From: Zancudomyces culisetae HAW-14-8
Lineage: Eukaryota; Fungi; Kickxellomycota
Length of the DNA stretch: 64,000 nt
NCBI GenBank assembly: GCA_052426225.1
Contig: JBNJNM010000007.1
Location: 372,001-436,000 of the forward strand
Reading direction: 5' to 3'
Numbering within the stretch: position 1 is the stretch's first letter; every line of letters begins with the position of its first letter. The notes below the pieces were generated by a model, which searched no databases, was not told the DNA's origin, and saw only the letters and a program-made list of their open reading frames with translations. Below, one piece after another: positions 31,940-43,528 of the stretch. Position numbers and translations under genes: made by a program.

Positions 31940-34606
31940 CTAATCTAATCGCGATCGTTTATTACTAGGAGAGGAAGAACGGCTTCCAGGCAAGTTGACA
32001 TTGGTGGTTGTAGTGGTAGAGGTGTCAGGTTGGGCAGGGATTGGAGCCGATGTATTTGAAGTCACATTGTCATTATTATTTGGAGGACTATTGCCAGTAT
32101 TAGCAGGAACAGAGGTAGAGTTATCAGTAGGAGGGTTGGAGGTTGTAGAAGAAGACGAAACGGTCGTCCGAAAAAAAGAGTTTGGATGAAGAGGAGGCTC
32201 GGAAGGCAAGTTTATATTACGAAGTCTGGCTCTGTTACGTAGATGAATATCGGAAGCCGATATAGATGGGGAGGAAGAGGTGGAAGTGGAGAAAGTGGAA
32301 GGAGGGTTAATTATGGTTGAGGAAGGAACAACTGTTTCTTGTTGTGGTTGTTGTGGTTGTTGTGGTTGTTGTGGTTGTTGTGGTTGTTGTGGTTGTTGTG
32401 GTTGTTGCTGTTGCTGGCGTTGTTCAAACTGTTGTTGATGCTGGGCAACAATAGAAAAGTGGTGATCGAGGGCGCGACGCATAACATCAGAAATTGGATT
32501 GGACGAATTTTGGGAAGGAAATCCAGGGGTGGAAAAGAGTGATGTAAAGGAAGGAAGTGGCATAGAAGGATGAATAAATGTTTGCTGTGGTTGCTGTGGT
32601 TGAGATTGAGATTGTGGCTGTTGTGGCTGTTGAGGTTGAGGTTGTTGTGGCTGTTGAGGTTGTTGAGATTGAGACTGTTGAGGTTGTTGAGATTGAGACT
32701 GTTGAGGTTGTTGAGATTGAGACTGTTGAGGTGTAGTAGCAGGAACGTCATAAATAATAGTTTGAGTTACGCCATTATTTATAATTCGCATGGTGTGAGA
32801 AGTGGAAGTACTTTCAGATGTTCTATTAATATTCCCACCTGCTGTATCGTTGCCATTAATACTGGTACTACTATTATTGTTGCTGTTGTTGTTGGTATTG
32901 GTATTGGCGTTAGTTGTATTATTATCACTACTCCTGGTAGTAGTTGTATTAGTATTTTGACGACTAGTAGCTCGCTCCTGTCGCTGTTGATTTTCTTGGT
33001 TAATCAACAAATTCGATACGAGCATCAAAACTTGCGTCATCTGTGGCAAAATGTTTTGTAGAACTCGTGCATCATTCGCTATTTCTTCTGCAGGAGCCGC
33101 TGCACTATTCGGTTCTGCTTGGTGTGCAGGCAATGTTGTGTTTGTAGTATCTTGACTAGATTCCATCGATCCATCCGGATTTGTTGCATTGGGTAGGTTA
33201 GATGAATTCTGAATCCATGAGGATCCAACACTGCGAACTGTATCCGAAACCACCTGGAATAAGTCAGCTACGTCAAGAAAAGTGCGTCCAAACTCTCTAG
33301 TGCCGATATTCTCTGACATGTTTCCCTGCTCTGTCCGTCGAAGTCCTGAAAACATATCTTCTAACACCATGTTCAAATCAAATTCTCTTTGCCTTTCTCG
33401 TGCCTGTGTTCTTTCTCTTTCTCTTTCTCTCACTCTTTCTCCTTCTCTCTCCCTCTGTTCTTGAGTATTTGGTGTCGAATTATTTTCGTTTTCCTGCGCT
33501 GCTATCAGCTCAGAAGTAGGTTGCCAACTTCTCCTTCCACTGAGCCGTCGAACATCTGGATATACAATATCCCTCAATATGTGGTTGAGTCTATTATAAT
33601 CCATTCTCCTCAACCCTTCTGACAATTCCAAATTTGTGCCAAAGATTGGTGAAGCTGAACTCATAGTAATGTTGATGTTGGGTGCTGAGCGCCTCTGGCC
33701 GGCTGCTGCCACCGCCGGTTGTCCATTTCCGCCTGCTTCCTGTGAATTCAATCCTGGGTTGCTACCTCTCGTTGGAAAAACAGTCGCCCTTACTCGTGCG
33801 CTTGCCGTCCGTGGATTTGTTGTACCCGTAGATGCTGCACTATCCTCGCTCATCGCACCAGCACTTCTTACTGGTCTAGCTATTGGCATTCTTACCATCG
33901 CAATTGGGTCTACTAGCAAGCTGAATGGTCTTTCTGTACTCACCCTCATTTCTACCCCCACTCCAGCTCCTCCCCTTATCCCTGTCCTTGGTGCTGGTAT
34001 TTGCATTGGTAGTGGCACTGCGATTGCTTCTTCGCCTCCTCTACTAACACTCATACTTCTTCCGCCTCTACCATCTCTTGAGCTGAATACATAAACATTT
34101 TCTACTATCGTAGAACCACCTCTATTTCTGCCTGCTCCTTCTCTACCTCCCATATCCTGTGCTGTTGCCCCGCGGTACTGCTGTTGTGCTCCATCACCCC
34201 CTTGAACATCTCGATCGACACCTGCACTTGCGCTGGTACTAGTACTGGTGCCAGCACTCGCCTCAGGCCTAGCCACCATAACCAATGTGTTTTCCTGTAA
34301 AATTCCAAAATCTGATAATTTTTTATCGTCTGACACCAGTACTTTTCCTAGATATATCAGGCGTTGTCTACTAGCCTCTACTCCACAAACTTCATAAATC
34401 TTTACTTTTAATTCCGCCAATGTATTCTTGTCAACCTGAATTGAGATCTGAAACACTTTTTCCTCGCCTTCAATCAGTGTTTTGACGCGTAAAAGTGGAC
34501 CTTCAGACACCTGCTCCATGTTTTCAGGACTCTTATTTCTATTAGTATCGTTATTACTGTTTTCGGTGTTGCTGTTATTACCTTGTAGATTGGTTTCGAT
34601 TTCCAT
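31940..34606 (-). CDS. Ubiquitin-like-domain protein with a long low-complexity tail (BAG6-like architecture)
   Basis: N-terminal UBL (LRVKTL...QRLIYLGKVL...LSDFGI); QQP and QSQSQQP repeats. Confidence 0.75.
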   Translation of the reverse strand: MEIETNLQGNNSNTENSNNDTNRNKSPENMEQVSEGPLLRVKTLIEGEEKVFQISIQVDKNTLAELKVKIYEVCGVEASRQRLIYLGKVLVSDDKKLSDFGILQENTLVMVARPEASAGTSTSTSASAGVDRDVQGGDGAQQQYRGATAQDMGGREGAGRNRGGSTIVENVYVFSSRDGRGGRSMSVSRGGEEAIAVPLPMQIPAPRTGIRGGAGVGVEMRVSTERPFSLLVDPIAMVRMPIARPVRSAGAMSEDSAASTGTTNPRTASARVRATVFPTRGSNPGLNSQEAGGNGQPAVAAAGQRRSAPNINITMSSASPIFGTNLELSEGLRRMDYNRLNHILRDIVYPDVRRLSGRRSWQPTSELIAAQENENNSTPNTQEQREREGERVRERERERTQARERQREFDLNMVLEDMFSGLRRTEQGNMSENIGTREFGRTFLDVADLFQVVSDTVRSVGSSWIQNSSNLPNATNPDGSMESSQDTTNTTLPAHQAEPNSAAAPAEEIANDARVLQNILPQMTQVLMLVSNLLINQENQQRQERATSRQNTNTTTTRSSDNNTTNANTNTNNNSNNNSSTSINGNDTAGGNINRTSESTSTSHTMRIINNGVTQTIIYDVPATTPQQSQSQQPQQSQSQQPQQSQSQQPQQPQQPQPQQPQQPQSQSQPQQPQQTFIHPSMPLPSFTSLFSTPGFPSQNSSNPISDVMRRALDHHFSIVAQHQQQFEQRQQQQQPQQPQQPQQPQQPQQPQQPQQETVVPSSTIINPPSTFSTSTSSSPSISASDIHLRNRARLRNINLPSEPPLHPNSFFRTTVSSSSTTSNPPTDNSTSVPANTGNSPPNNNDNVTSNTSAPIPAQPDTSTTTTTNVNLPGSRSSSPSNKRSRLD

Positions 34607-36074
34607 TTTGTATATATTGTTTATCTCGTTCTGTAACTGAAATGAAAGTCTTTTTAGTTGATTCTATATCATTGCTCGGCTTCTATCTATATTCCTTGAG
34701 CTATTATGATATTTACAATACCAAAAAGTTTTTTTTTTATCAACAAGCCGCTTATACTGCTTTTGTTAGACACAAGCACAATGATAAAAATGCTTATATA
34801 ATTTACCGTGTTTTTATTTTTAATTTACTATTATTACTAACAAACATATTTTTTCAAAATGTAAATTGATTTATATACATTTTCACTAAAGATTTAGTAA
34901 CTGCGAACAGGGAAATTCAAGGCTGCAAAAGAATAATTGGCTTGATAAAATTGTATGAAAATTAGGCCGGGTTTTCAGTAGTTTGTTTAGCTATAAGGCT
35001 ATGCATTGCGAAAAGTTACTAAAGTTATTATGAATTTCACAGCATTGAACTGTGCAATGTTAGCAGAGATGATAAATTGAGGAGTAATAATAGCCTAATT
35101 ATTCCTAGATTATGTTATATGTTCACAGGTATCTTGCCCAATTTTCACAAACCTTTCTCCCCTTAAATTGAATTAATGTATTAAAGTTGGAGAAAACAAT
35201 AGAACGGGTTTTGCTTTTGCTTTTACCTTCATTTCTTTACTGTTGATAAAATTATCCATTTTTATCTCTGTTCAGGATTATGCCCAAATTAAGAAAAGCT
35301 TTTTCTCAATCAAATGAAAAAGATTGAATGTGTGGATCTACCAATTTTGCACCTTTATTACTAATTAAGGCTTGACAAGCTCCTTTTCTAACTTTATTTA
35401 ACTTTTCCGCATTTTCTCAATCTTCCCTCTCTCCCTGAATTAGTGTATCATCATTTACTATCTTACAGGTGACATATCTATAATTTAAGGCGTTATATCC
35501 CCCTCCCCCCCCCCACGTTAGTGAATAAAGTCAACGTAATGAGTAATTTGTAATGTAATTTTGTTTTACCTTTTTTTTTATCACAAACACATCATAATTT
35601 ATTTCAAAAAAATGTACTTTTAAGTAAAACTTCCACAAGATTCCACAAGATTCCATATGCCACCCATGATTTAATCGTCTTGTGACAACTCCTCTCTATT
35701 TGCCTAACGCAAAATTAGGACATCTGTTGATGATAAAACCAAAGATTGGCAGTACAGAGTCGGTTTACCCGAATTTATTTCCTTTTGAATACAATGGATA
35801 TGTTAACTTAATAGTAGACCAACGCTAAAATAAAATAAAACACCTTGTATAAACATTTGTACAGCCAATTCTTCTCCACTTTTGTCCTGCTAAAAGATTT
35901 TACACCTATTTTTGGTTTGGTTTAGAAACTGTCTCGGTAGAAAGATCAATATTTTTATATAGTTTAGCAACTATCAAAAAAAAATAAAAATAAAAGGGAG
36001 ACCTCAAAATATACTCTAGAAACTAGCCAGACGGTAGTCCAACAACCTTACAAACATACCGTAAACCTATGGGA

Positions 36075-38462
36075 TTAACCATCGTTCATAGAGTTAATGG
36101 CCAAGTTAAAGTCGAGTTGTGTGTTGTTTTTGTTGATGAACTCACATCCACGAGTTGCATCGCCTCTCTGTGCTTGCTCGATAGGATTATACAATAGTTC
36201 GGTAAAGTTAAAGCTCGAAAAGGCTTCCCTATAACCGGATATAACAAAGTGCTGATCAAATGTTGGGGACTGGCTTTTATACATATATTTGGCATTTGTA
36301 CTCAAAATCGGGTGAAATACACGCTCAATCATTTTTTTGCATTTATAAAGCACCGTTATGTTCTGGGAACGTTCAGAAAAGTCAACAACTTTTACATAAA
36401 AGTTTTTAGGATTATCATCGAGGGTTGGAACATTGGTGGTATGACTACTTTGTTTTGCAGATGACTGTTTGAAAATCTTGAGCTCATTAAATGATAAATT
36501 GTGTCCGACTGATTCTTGGACTATTGGCTTCAAGTCGATTGACATTATAAACCGCTTTTTACCGGCTTCATTAACAAATGACGATAGAAACCCTATATTT
36601 TGATCCAGGTTATTTTTTGCAGCGAGCCTGCTTAACAAGAACGGATCATGAACCTTTGAATTGTGTGAATTGTGGCAACATGCCTTTTTGAGGTGAACGG
36701 TCCCATTTGGAACCAACCACGGATTGTAGTCATATGGTGACAGCATTTTCATTCCAAAACCTGGAGGAATGCTTCTAAATTTGGCATTTGCCTTGTCGTA
36801 ACTTTTTTTAAGGCCAGATAAGCAAAAGGCTAAATAAATAAACATCTTTGCTAATAACGATGTTGATTTCTGTCTTTCAAAGTATTCTAATAATAATGCT
36901 TTGCCATTTATGATCGCGTTATGTCTATTCAGATCTTTGATGTATTCCAAGTTAGTGAGGTGTTTAAAAGCATGAAAAGCCAAGTTATAGAGTTCATCAT
37001 CAAACTTATAAACAGAAAAGTTTGACATTAACCAGTAGAATACTTCTGTAAAGCAGGTGATATTATCAATTATTATCATTTTAGCCAGTTTTACTCTCTC
37101 TGGAGGAATATCCACATTTTCATAGTAAGCTACCTCTGATGTACAAACATGTAGATTTGCCATACAGGTGTTTAGTATTAATGTACAGTACCGTAGTATA
37201 AAGTACTCTATGCTCATTACATTTACTATATCTGGGTTGCGCACTCCAAATGCCAATATTTTTTTCATCTCGTTGTGAAATTTCACCACGACATGCTCCT
37301 GAAATTGCATAGAATTTGTGAATAATCGCAAATAGCGCTGGTAGTCTTTATCCGTGTCCTTTGCTATTGTAATTTCTCTCCGATTTATAAAAGATAGATT
37401 TACACCCCTTATTCTGAACATTATCACATATAAAGCAAATGTATCAAATTTGAATTCTCCTTCACTGCTTAGAACCATCCTCTTCGTATTCGCAGAGTTG
37501 GTTCTTTGTGGTATAAAATTGAGATTGCTGTGCCATGAACGGTCATTACTGGGTAAGTTTACAAGTATGTCTTTAAGGTGTAAAGCAGGTTGAATCGCTG
37601 TTGCTTCAGAAAATATCACATGAAAAATATATGTACACCACCAAAGGCGCCTTTTAAGCTCTTTTTCCACTATCAAATCCTCGTCCTGATGAGCGGGGGT
37701 GTTAATACAATATTCATCAATCCTATGCAACCTCATCGAAATAGCTAGTCTAGATGCTAGATGTACGTATTTTGTACACTGTGTCAGAACTCCAAGTGTA
37801 GCGTAGTATCTGGATAACACTATCATTGTCCATACACTCAAACAATCTGGTATACTGAATATTGTTTCCATATATTCAGTGACATATTTTAATGCTCTTT
37901 TACGCCTCTCTTCAGTAAATACTTTATGAAATTTCTCATCTTTTAATACAGTTGATCCCATCAGCAAAAGAGTACACACCACGTATTTCGGCACTTGAAA
38001 ACTCTTTATGTTTTGTATAAACTGGGGAATCCTTATGACATTTGCAACCAAATGGTAGCGATGTATAAACCTATCCATCAACACATCTATTACATCTCGT
38101 AGAAGTCTTGATAATATTATATCTTCTGAATCCCCACCAATTATGTTTTGAAAGTTTACATTGACAACACAGACAACTGTCATCAAGTTCTTTACTCCAT
38201 GCTTTATATCCTGACGAAAGTTCCCCTTGGGAACGGAGTTTACTTTTTTAACATGCTTGTTCAATAGTTTAGCCATTTTTTGTAGACCCTTGAGAGTTCC
38301 GTAAAAAACTCGATTGATGAGCTTCTTATTCACTTTTTTCTTCTTATTAAGCCTGAATCGTATTATGTGTTTTTTGTAGGTGTTGTCTGTGTTTGGCTTT
38401 GATCTTTTTCGCTTACTGCCACTACTAGCAGTGTTTTCGTTTATAGCTTTTTTTAAGGACAT
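36075..38462 (-). CDS. Fungal-specific transcription-factor middle-homology-domain protein
   Basis: LASRLAISMRLHRID, EKELKRRLWWCTYI and VNLPSND..W motifs; basic NLS-like N-terminus. Confidence 0.75.
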   Translation of the reverse strand: MSLKKAINENTASSGSKRKRSKPNTDNTYKKHIIRFRLNKKKKVNKKLINRVFYGTLKGLQKMAKLLNKHVKKVNSVPKGNFRQDIKHGVKNLMTVVCVVNVNFQNIIGGDSEDIILSRLLRDVIDVLMDRFIHRYHLVANVIRIPQFIQNIKSFQVPKYVVCTLLLMGSTVLKDEKFHKVFTEERRKRALKYVTEYMETIFSIPDCLSVWTMIVLSRYYATLGVLTQCTKYVHLASRLAISMRLHRIDEYCINTPAHQDEDLIVEKELKRRLWWCTYIFHVIFSEATAIQPALHLKDILVNLPSNDRSWHSNLNFIPQRTNSANTKRMVLSSEGEFKFDTFALYVIMFRIRGVNLSFINRREITIAKDTDKDYQRYLRLFTNSMQFQEHVVVKFHNEMKKILAFGVRNPDIVNVMSIEYFILRYCTLILNTCMANLHVCTSEVAYYENVDIPPERVKLAKMIIIDNITCFTEVFYWLMSNFSVYKFDDELYNLAFHAFKHLTNLEYIKDLNRHNAIINGKALLLEYFERQKSTSLLAKMFIYLAFCLSGLKKSYDKANAKFRSIPPGFGMKMLSPYDYNPWLVPNGTVHLKKACCHNSHNSKVHDPFLLSRLAAKNNLDQNIGFLSSFVNEAGKKRFIMSIDLKPIVQESVGHNLSFNELKIFKQSSAKQSSHTTNVPTLDDNPKNFYVKVVDFSERSQNITVLYKCKKMIERVFHPILSTNAKYMYKSQSPTFDQHFVISGYREAFSSFNFTELLYNPIEQAQRGDATRGCEFINKNNTQLDFNLAINSMNDG

Positions 38463-40777
38463 TTTAACTTTAGTTCAAGTAGAAAGCATATAATGAAATA
38501 GTTTGAGGAGATATAATGGCAGTCGAGGTTCATACCCGGTTCTGTGTTTATATACTATGATTTTTTATTATTAGGTATATGCTTCGTTTTTTTAGTCTCT
38601 TTTCGCTTGATGTGTGAGATTGTTCGATTATCTAGATCAATGTTTTTCTATTAGACTCTTTTATTTATGAAAAATACTGGTATTCTGAATCGGGAATGGC
38701 AAGGTGGACATACCCTTTTAACTAGAATTAAACATAAATTTCAACTAAAAACTTCATTTTGTTCTTTTATATTATTATAAAATTCGTTTATTTGTTAGTC
38801 GCAAATAATTTTTTTTCTAAAACGCATCAAAATATCATTTTTTTTCCAAAATCAACACAATCCCAAAATATTACTAAAAGTAGGTTCCTCCGGTTTCTTG
38901 ATTACACCAAACACTATTAAAAGCCACACAGAATCCATTTACTTGTTTATAATATACTGAACTTCATATAGTTTTGGTTTTACAGAATATGTGTACAACA
39001 AAACACATTCTCCACTAGTACCATAGCAACACACCATAGTTTACAGAAAAAATCATTTCACTCCTCTTAGCTAATTCAAAACTACCAAAGTTACCAAACA
39101 CAGTATGTTTGGAGAATTAATCATGTCAATGTATTTAATAATGGTCACACCCGGTACCATTTCATTGGTTATTGAAGCTCTCTAGAAATTAATGAATCAA
39201 TACCTAATTTTTTCAATTTTCTCAAGTATGATACAACAGTACTGGATATTCTTTACATTATAAAATAACATTAAATAAATTTGATCCGATAGTCTAATTG
39301 GATCTATAACAGTCATGTTATTGTTTTAGTAAGAATTTTTTTTAGTTAGTATTTCCTTTTGAATAATTCACATTTAAAATCATGTATGATTGATACGCCA
39401 ACAGTCTATCAAACATGTACCTGAAAGCAAAAAATACAGTTTTTTGAAGGAATAGCGTAATAGTTTTATGAATTTCCAAGAATTTGTACTACCTAAATTG
39501 CCATCTCCGGGCAAGTTTTTTACACTTTACTTTGCCAAAGACGTATCAAGCTAGAGGCTAGTATTCATGATTAATAATCAATCATTTGAAAAGCGAGCAA
39601 ACCAAAGGAAATATTGCAAGAGAGATAAGGGTATCTCGGTTTTAAAACAAATCCATAGATATTGTAACATTTTTTTCCTTTTAATTAAATGCCAACACTT
39701 TGTTAAGCCCGTAACAAGAATCAATTTAATGACAAAGTGGTACTACGTAAAGACGTCGCCCTGTATCTGCTATGTTTAATACAAAATATAAACAGTTCTA
39801 TTAAATAAAAAATTATTGCGATATAAACAGTACTGCTGAAACGTAAAATACACGGTGGTACAGTCCACCGTCGAATTAATGTACAGCACTCACTATGAAG
39901 CGGTGTTCAGCTGAATGTTGATAGGAGATAAGAGTCTTTCTTAAAACAGAATATTAACAGAGTGTTGTCAGTTTTATACATCAACCTGGGAATACGGATA
40001 TATATGAACTCCAGATATTTAAACCATACTTTTTGGTTTTTATCTTTTCCAACCGATAGATTGGTTTCGGAATAGGATTTTTGTCTTCAGGAAAATATTT
40101 TCCCTTCTTGGCTCATGAATACAAAAAAAGAAAAGATCCACGATTTACACTACTGAGATTCTCCGGAAATAGTTTAGCCAATTATCTACTTGCATGTAAA
40201 AATAATAAACTATTGGGTAGCTGGATATTGCTTGGAATTACGATGTAAATCTAGGAAAGTTCGCTCATTATTTCTGAGTGGTTATGCTTTTTTGTGAGTT
40301 TTGAGGCAGTGTTGCTAATAATCAGTAGACTCATCAATCCGTTAACACTAATAACTTGCTCCAGTTTGACAGTTCTGAATAATCACAACCTGCACAACTC
40401 ACCTTTATTTTTTGTTGGGTTGTTTATTGAGTGAGTAAGCGGTATTGCATAACTATGCCTAGGTATAATATGTCTTGTCTTTAGTGGATTTTAGGCACGA
40501 AATGGGGCAATCTTTTGAGGAAACAAATTGGGCTTAGTTAAATATTCGAAACAATCAACTACTAATCGATCAGTTATTAAAATATATACCGCAAAACAAA
40601 ATAAAGAGCATAAAAAACGACACATACTTAGCGCAGATCGATTCAGTAGCCAGTAAATATTTCGGATATATATATCCTTCAAACTTAGGAAGGGTAGTAA
40701 TTAAATTTCCGTGTGTTATTGTATAATAGAAGCATAAATAATACCCAAACCAAGAGAAAAATACCAGATAGCACGAA

Positions 40778-43528
40778 ATGGAAAAGAAACACGGGGAAAG
40801 CAAGAATAAACATCTTGGAATATGTACATTCAACGACTTGCCTGTTAATGTGGTGTCCAAAATATTTGTACTTTCACAGAACCCCAGAGCTGCCCTAATC
40901 ACCAGAGGTATGCACTATGGCTCACACCAATCAAGTACCATTCGTGACTTTATACTGAGGTATACTAGAATCAACAGAGAACTATACTTTTACACTAATT
41001 TGGATAAAATTTACGAAAAATATCCATTCTTGCGATTAAACGAAGAGGCTGGGGTACTATTACTGAGAAAAATTAAAAAAATAAGATATGAACGAGTGTT
41101 AGAGCTGGCAATAAGAAATAGATGGAAAAATATAGTTAAAAAGCTAATGCGAATGTATATTGTAGTTAGCACTGTGAGTGGCGATGTCATCTACGCAAAT
41201 ACCGCGTTTATGCGTGATGGTGAAATACTGGACATAGATATAGATAGATTAAGTACACAAACTGATGAAGCAAGAGGTAACTCTGATATATTTATTACAG
41301 ATACGATTTCTGTCAGACCACTGATAGCTTTGAGAAGCGTGAGTATGTTTGTCTCTCAGCAATTATACAGTTGTAATAACAAAATGGTTGTAGAAGAAAT
41401 AGTGGAGTTATGTGAAAAGCCAATAAAACTTCCAGAGAGTTTGTTTGGCAACATCGATTCCGAAATATCATTATTGTTTAGTAAAAATATAGTAGTGTTT
41501 TTGATAATAGCTCCGAAAATGGTGTGTGTAGAAGGAGATCTTGAGCTTCTAAAAAGACTGATGAAGCTCAAAGTGTATGTAGAACTCGACTACAAGAACT
41601 TCCAGATTTTCAGACGATCACCATCATTTAGTGACAGATATGATTATTATAAATTCGAGCGTGTGGTCAGATCTGAAGACCGAGCAACCGAGATAATATA
41701 CAGCTCCTGTGTATACTACTCTATAAAATATGAAAAGAAACATGTATTGGATTATATTTTACAGTGTGATATGGGTCCGAGGTATAAACAGATAGCGTTT
41801 GATGTATCAATAGCAATGAGAAGGTGGAAATATGTAAAGAAAACGCTTGCTACAGTTGAACTGGACCGGGCAAATATTAGAAAACTGACACACATGGCAT
41901 ATAGTAATCATAATACCAGCATAATCAGATATCTGGTGAATCGCGAGAAATGTCTGATGAGAGAATTGAATGATTATGCATTGATGGCGGCTATCCAGGA
42001 CTACGATTTTAAACTAGCGTCAAAGATAATGAAAAAGTATCCAACTTCAGCTACCGAGCTGAGTTTAAAGGAAGCGATTGGCTCGGGGAACGTTGGCCTA
42101 GTAAAGAAATTTGTAAAACTAGGGATGGATATAACCAAATGTAGTTTTGATGCAATCGAGCTTGCTTGTATTAGGGTTTGTCTTGAAATGGTACGATTTC
42201 TAATAAAAAGTGGTGTTAAAACCGATGAGGACAGACCTGTAGTTTCTGGATTGCTCAATCGGGCTGAGCAAATAGTTTTGGAGTATTTGGTATTTGGAAA
42301 ATTCGATTTTGATATAAATGGCCCCAGAAATACCATCGAAGGTAGTGCTAGTGAAAAAAATAGGTATTCAAGAGTTTTGGAGTGTCTTTGTGAATACGGG
42401 TTGGGGTTCAGTAAGCGGGAGTATAATAGGTTGGTGGATAACATAAACGATGGTAATATTGGACGAATTAAAAGTGATGTTATCGGAGTGAATTATTCAA
42501 TCAATGAGTTTAGGAATCCTACAAAATGTCTTGTATATGCCCAGAGAGTAATTAGAATTAGCGGATTCATGATAAAAAATAACTACAAATTAAACAAATT
42601 CAATAGTAGAAATGAACGCAGGTTTAATACCAGGAACATTTTTGAGTTGAGAGAAAAGTTTCGAATGGAGAAAAATGCTATGAAAGGACATTGCCTTAGA
42701 GCATGTGTGATTAACGATGAAAATTTCATAGAGATGGTTTCAAGGGTAGAAAATGCTAAACTCGAGATACTCAATCTGTTGTTTGATAGTACAATGTGTA
42801 AACCTTCGGAAAACGAACTACTGTTGAGAAAACTGTATTATAATGGAGACATAAAATGGATTAATCATTTCACTAGCAAAGGTGTAAAACCACAGTATAA
42901 AAGTTCAAAATTAGTGCAAAGAGTCTCTGAATCGGGAAATGTTGAGGCTCTGAAAAACCTATTTAGTCAAGGATGGGAGATAGATCCAAAATCGATTAGC
43001 GATGCTCTTCCTACTGCGTGCGAGCTTGGAAGTCTTGAAATGGTTAGAGTGTTGGTAGAGAAGGGAGCAGACATGAATCACAGATATAGTCAAAGTATAG
43101 GCGAGGCTTATAGATCAAACAGTCCTGAGATAGTACGATATTTGTTCGAGAAGGGATGTAGTACGGGGAGAAATAAGTATAAAGTATTGAAGACAGCATG
43201 TATGTTTAGGGATACTGAGATGGTTAAACTATTGATTTCGAGTGGAATCGATCTCTCAAACAAAAGGTGTAATGGTATAATATATCTGGCTTGTAGTACA
43301 AATAATTTGGAGCTTGTAAAACTATTGGTCCAGGCTGGTGCGAATCCCGAGGATGAGCTAACTGAGTGTATTAAACTGGCGCGCAAGTACAATGATCATG
43401 AGTTTGTGGATGTATTAGCCAAATGTTGTGAAAATACCAAGTTTAAAAATGAAGAACAGTTTAGTGGTGTTTTTGGTAGAAATGATAGTGAAAATGAAAT
43501 GCATTTTAATCTTTCTGACTATTTTTAG
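40778..43528 (+). CDS. Ankyrin-repeat protein
   Basis: Repeated ACxxGxLEMVRVLVEKGAD-type motifs; intronless, 916 aa. Confidence 0.88.
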   Translation: MEKKHGESKNKHLGICTFNDLPVNVVSKIFVLSQNPRAALITRGMHYGSHQSSTIRDFILRYTRINRELYFYTNLDKIYEKYPFLRLNEEAGVLLLRKIKKIRYERVLELAIRNRWKNIVKKLMRMYIVVSTVSGDVIYANTAFMRDGEILDIDIDRLSTQTDEARGNSDIFITDTISVRPLIALRSVSMFVSQQLYSCNNKMVVEEIVELCEKPIKLPESLFGNIDSEISLLFSKNIVVFLIIAPKMVCVEGDLELLKRLMKLKVYVELDYKNFQIFRRSPSFSDRYDYYKFERVVRSEDRATEIIYSSCVYYSIKYEKKHVLDYILQCDMGPRYKQIAFDVSIAMRRWKYVKKTLATVELDRANIRKLTHMAYSNHNTSIIRYLVNREKCLMRELNDYALMAAIQDYDFKLASKIMKKYPTSATELSLKEAIGSGNVGLVKKFVKLGMDITKCSFDAIELACIRVCLEMVRFLIKSGVKTDEDRPVVSGLLNRAEQIVLEYLVFGKFDFDINGPRNTIEGSASEKNRYSRVLECLCEYGLGFSKREYNRLVDNINDGNIGRIKSDVIGVNYSINEFRNPTKCLVYAQRVIRISGFMIKNNYKLNKFNSRNERRFNTRNIFELREKFRMEKNAMKGHCLRACVINDENFIEMVSRVENAKLEILNLLFDSTMCKPSENELLLRKLYYNGDIKWINHFTSKGVKPQYKSSKLVQRVSESGNVEALKNLFSQGWEIDPKSISDALPTACELGSLEMVRVLVEKGADMNHRYSQSIGEAYRSNSPEIVRYLFEKGCSTGRNKYKVLKTACMFRDTEMVKLLISSGIDLSNKRCNGIIYLACSTNNLELVKLLVQAGANPEDELTECIKLARKYNDHEFVDVLAKCCENTKFKNEEQFSGVFGRNDSENEMHFNLSDYF

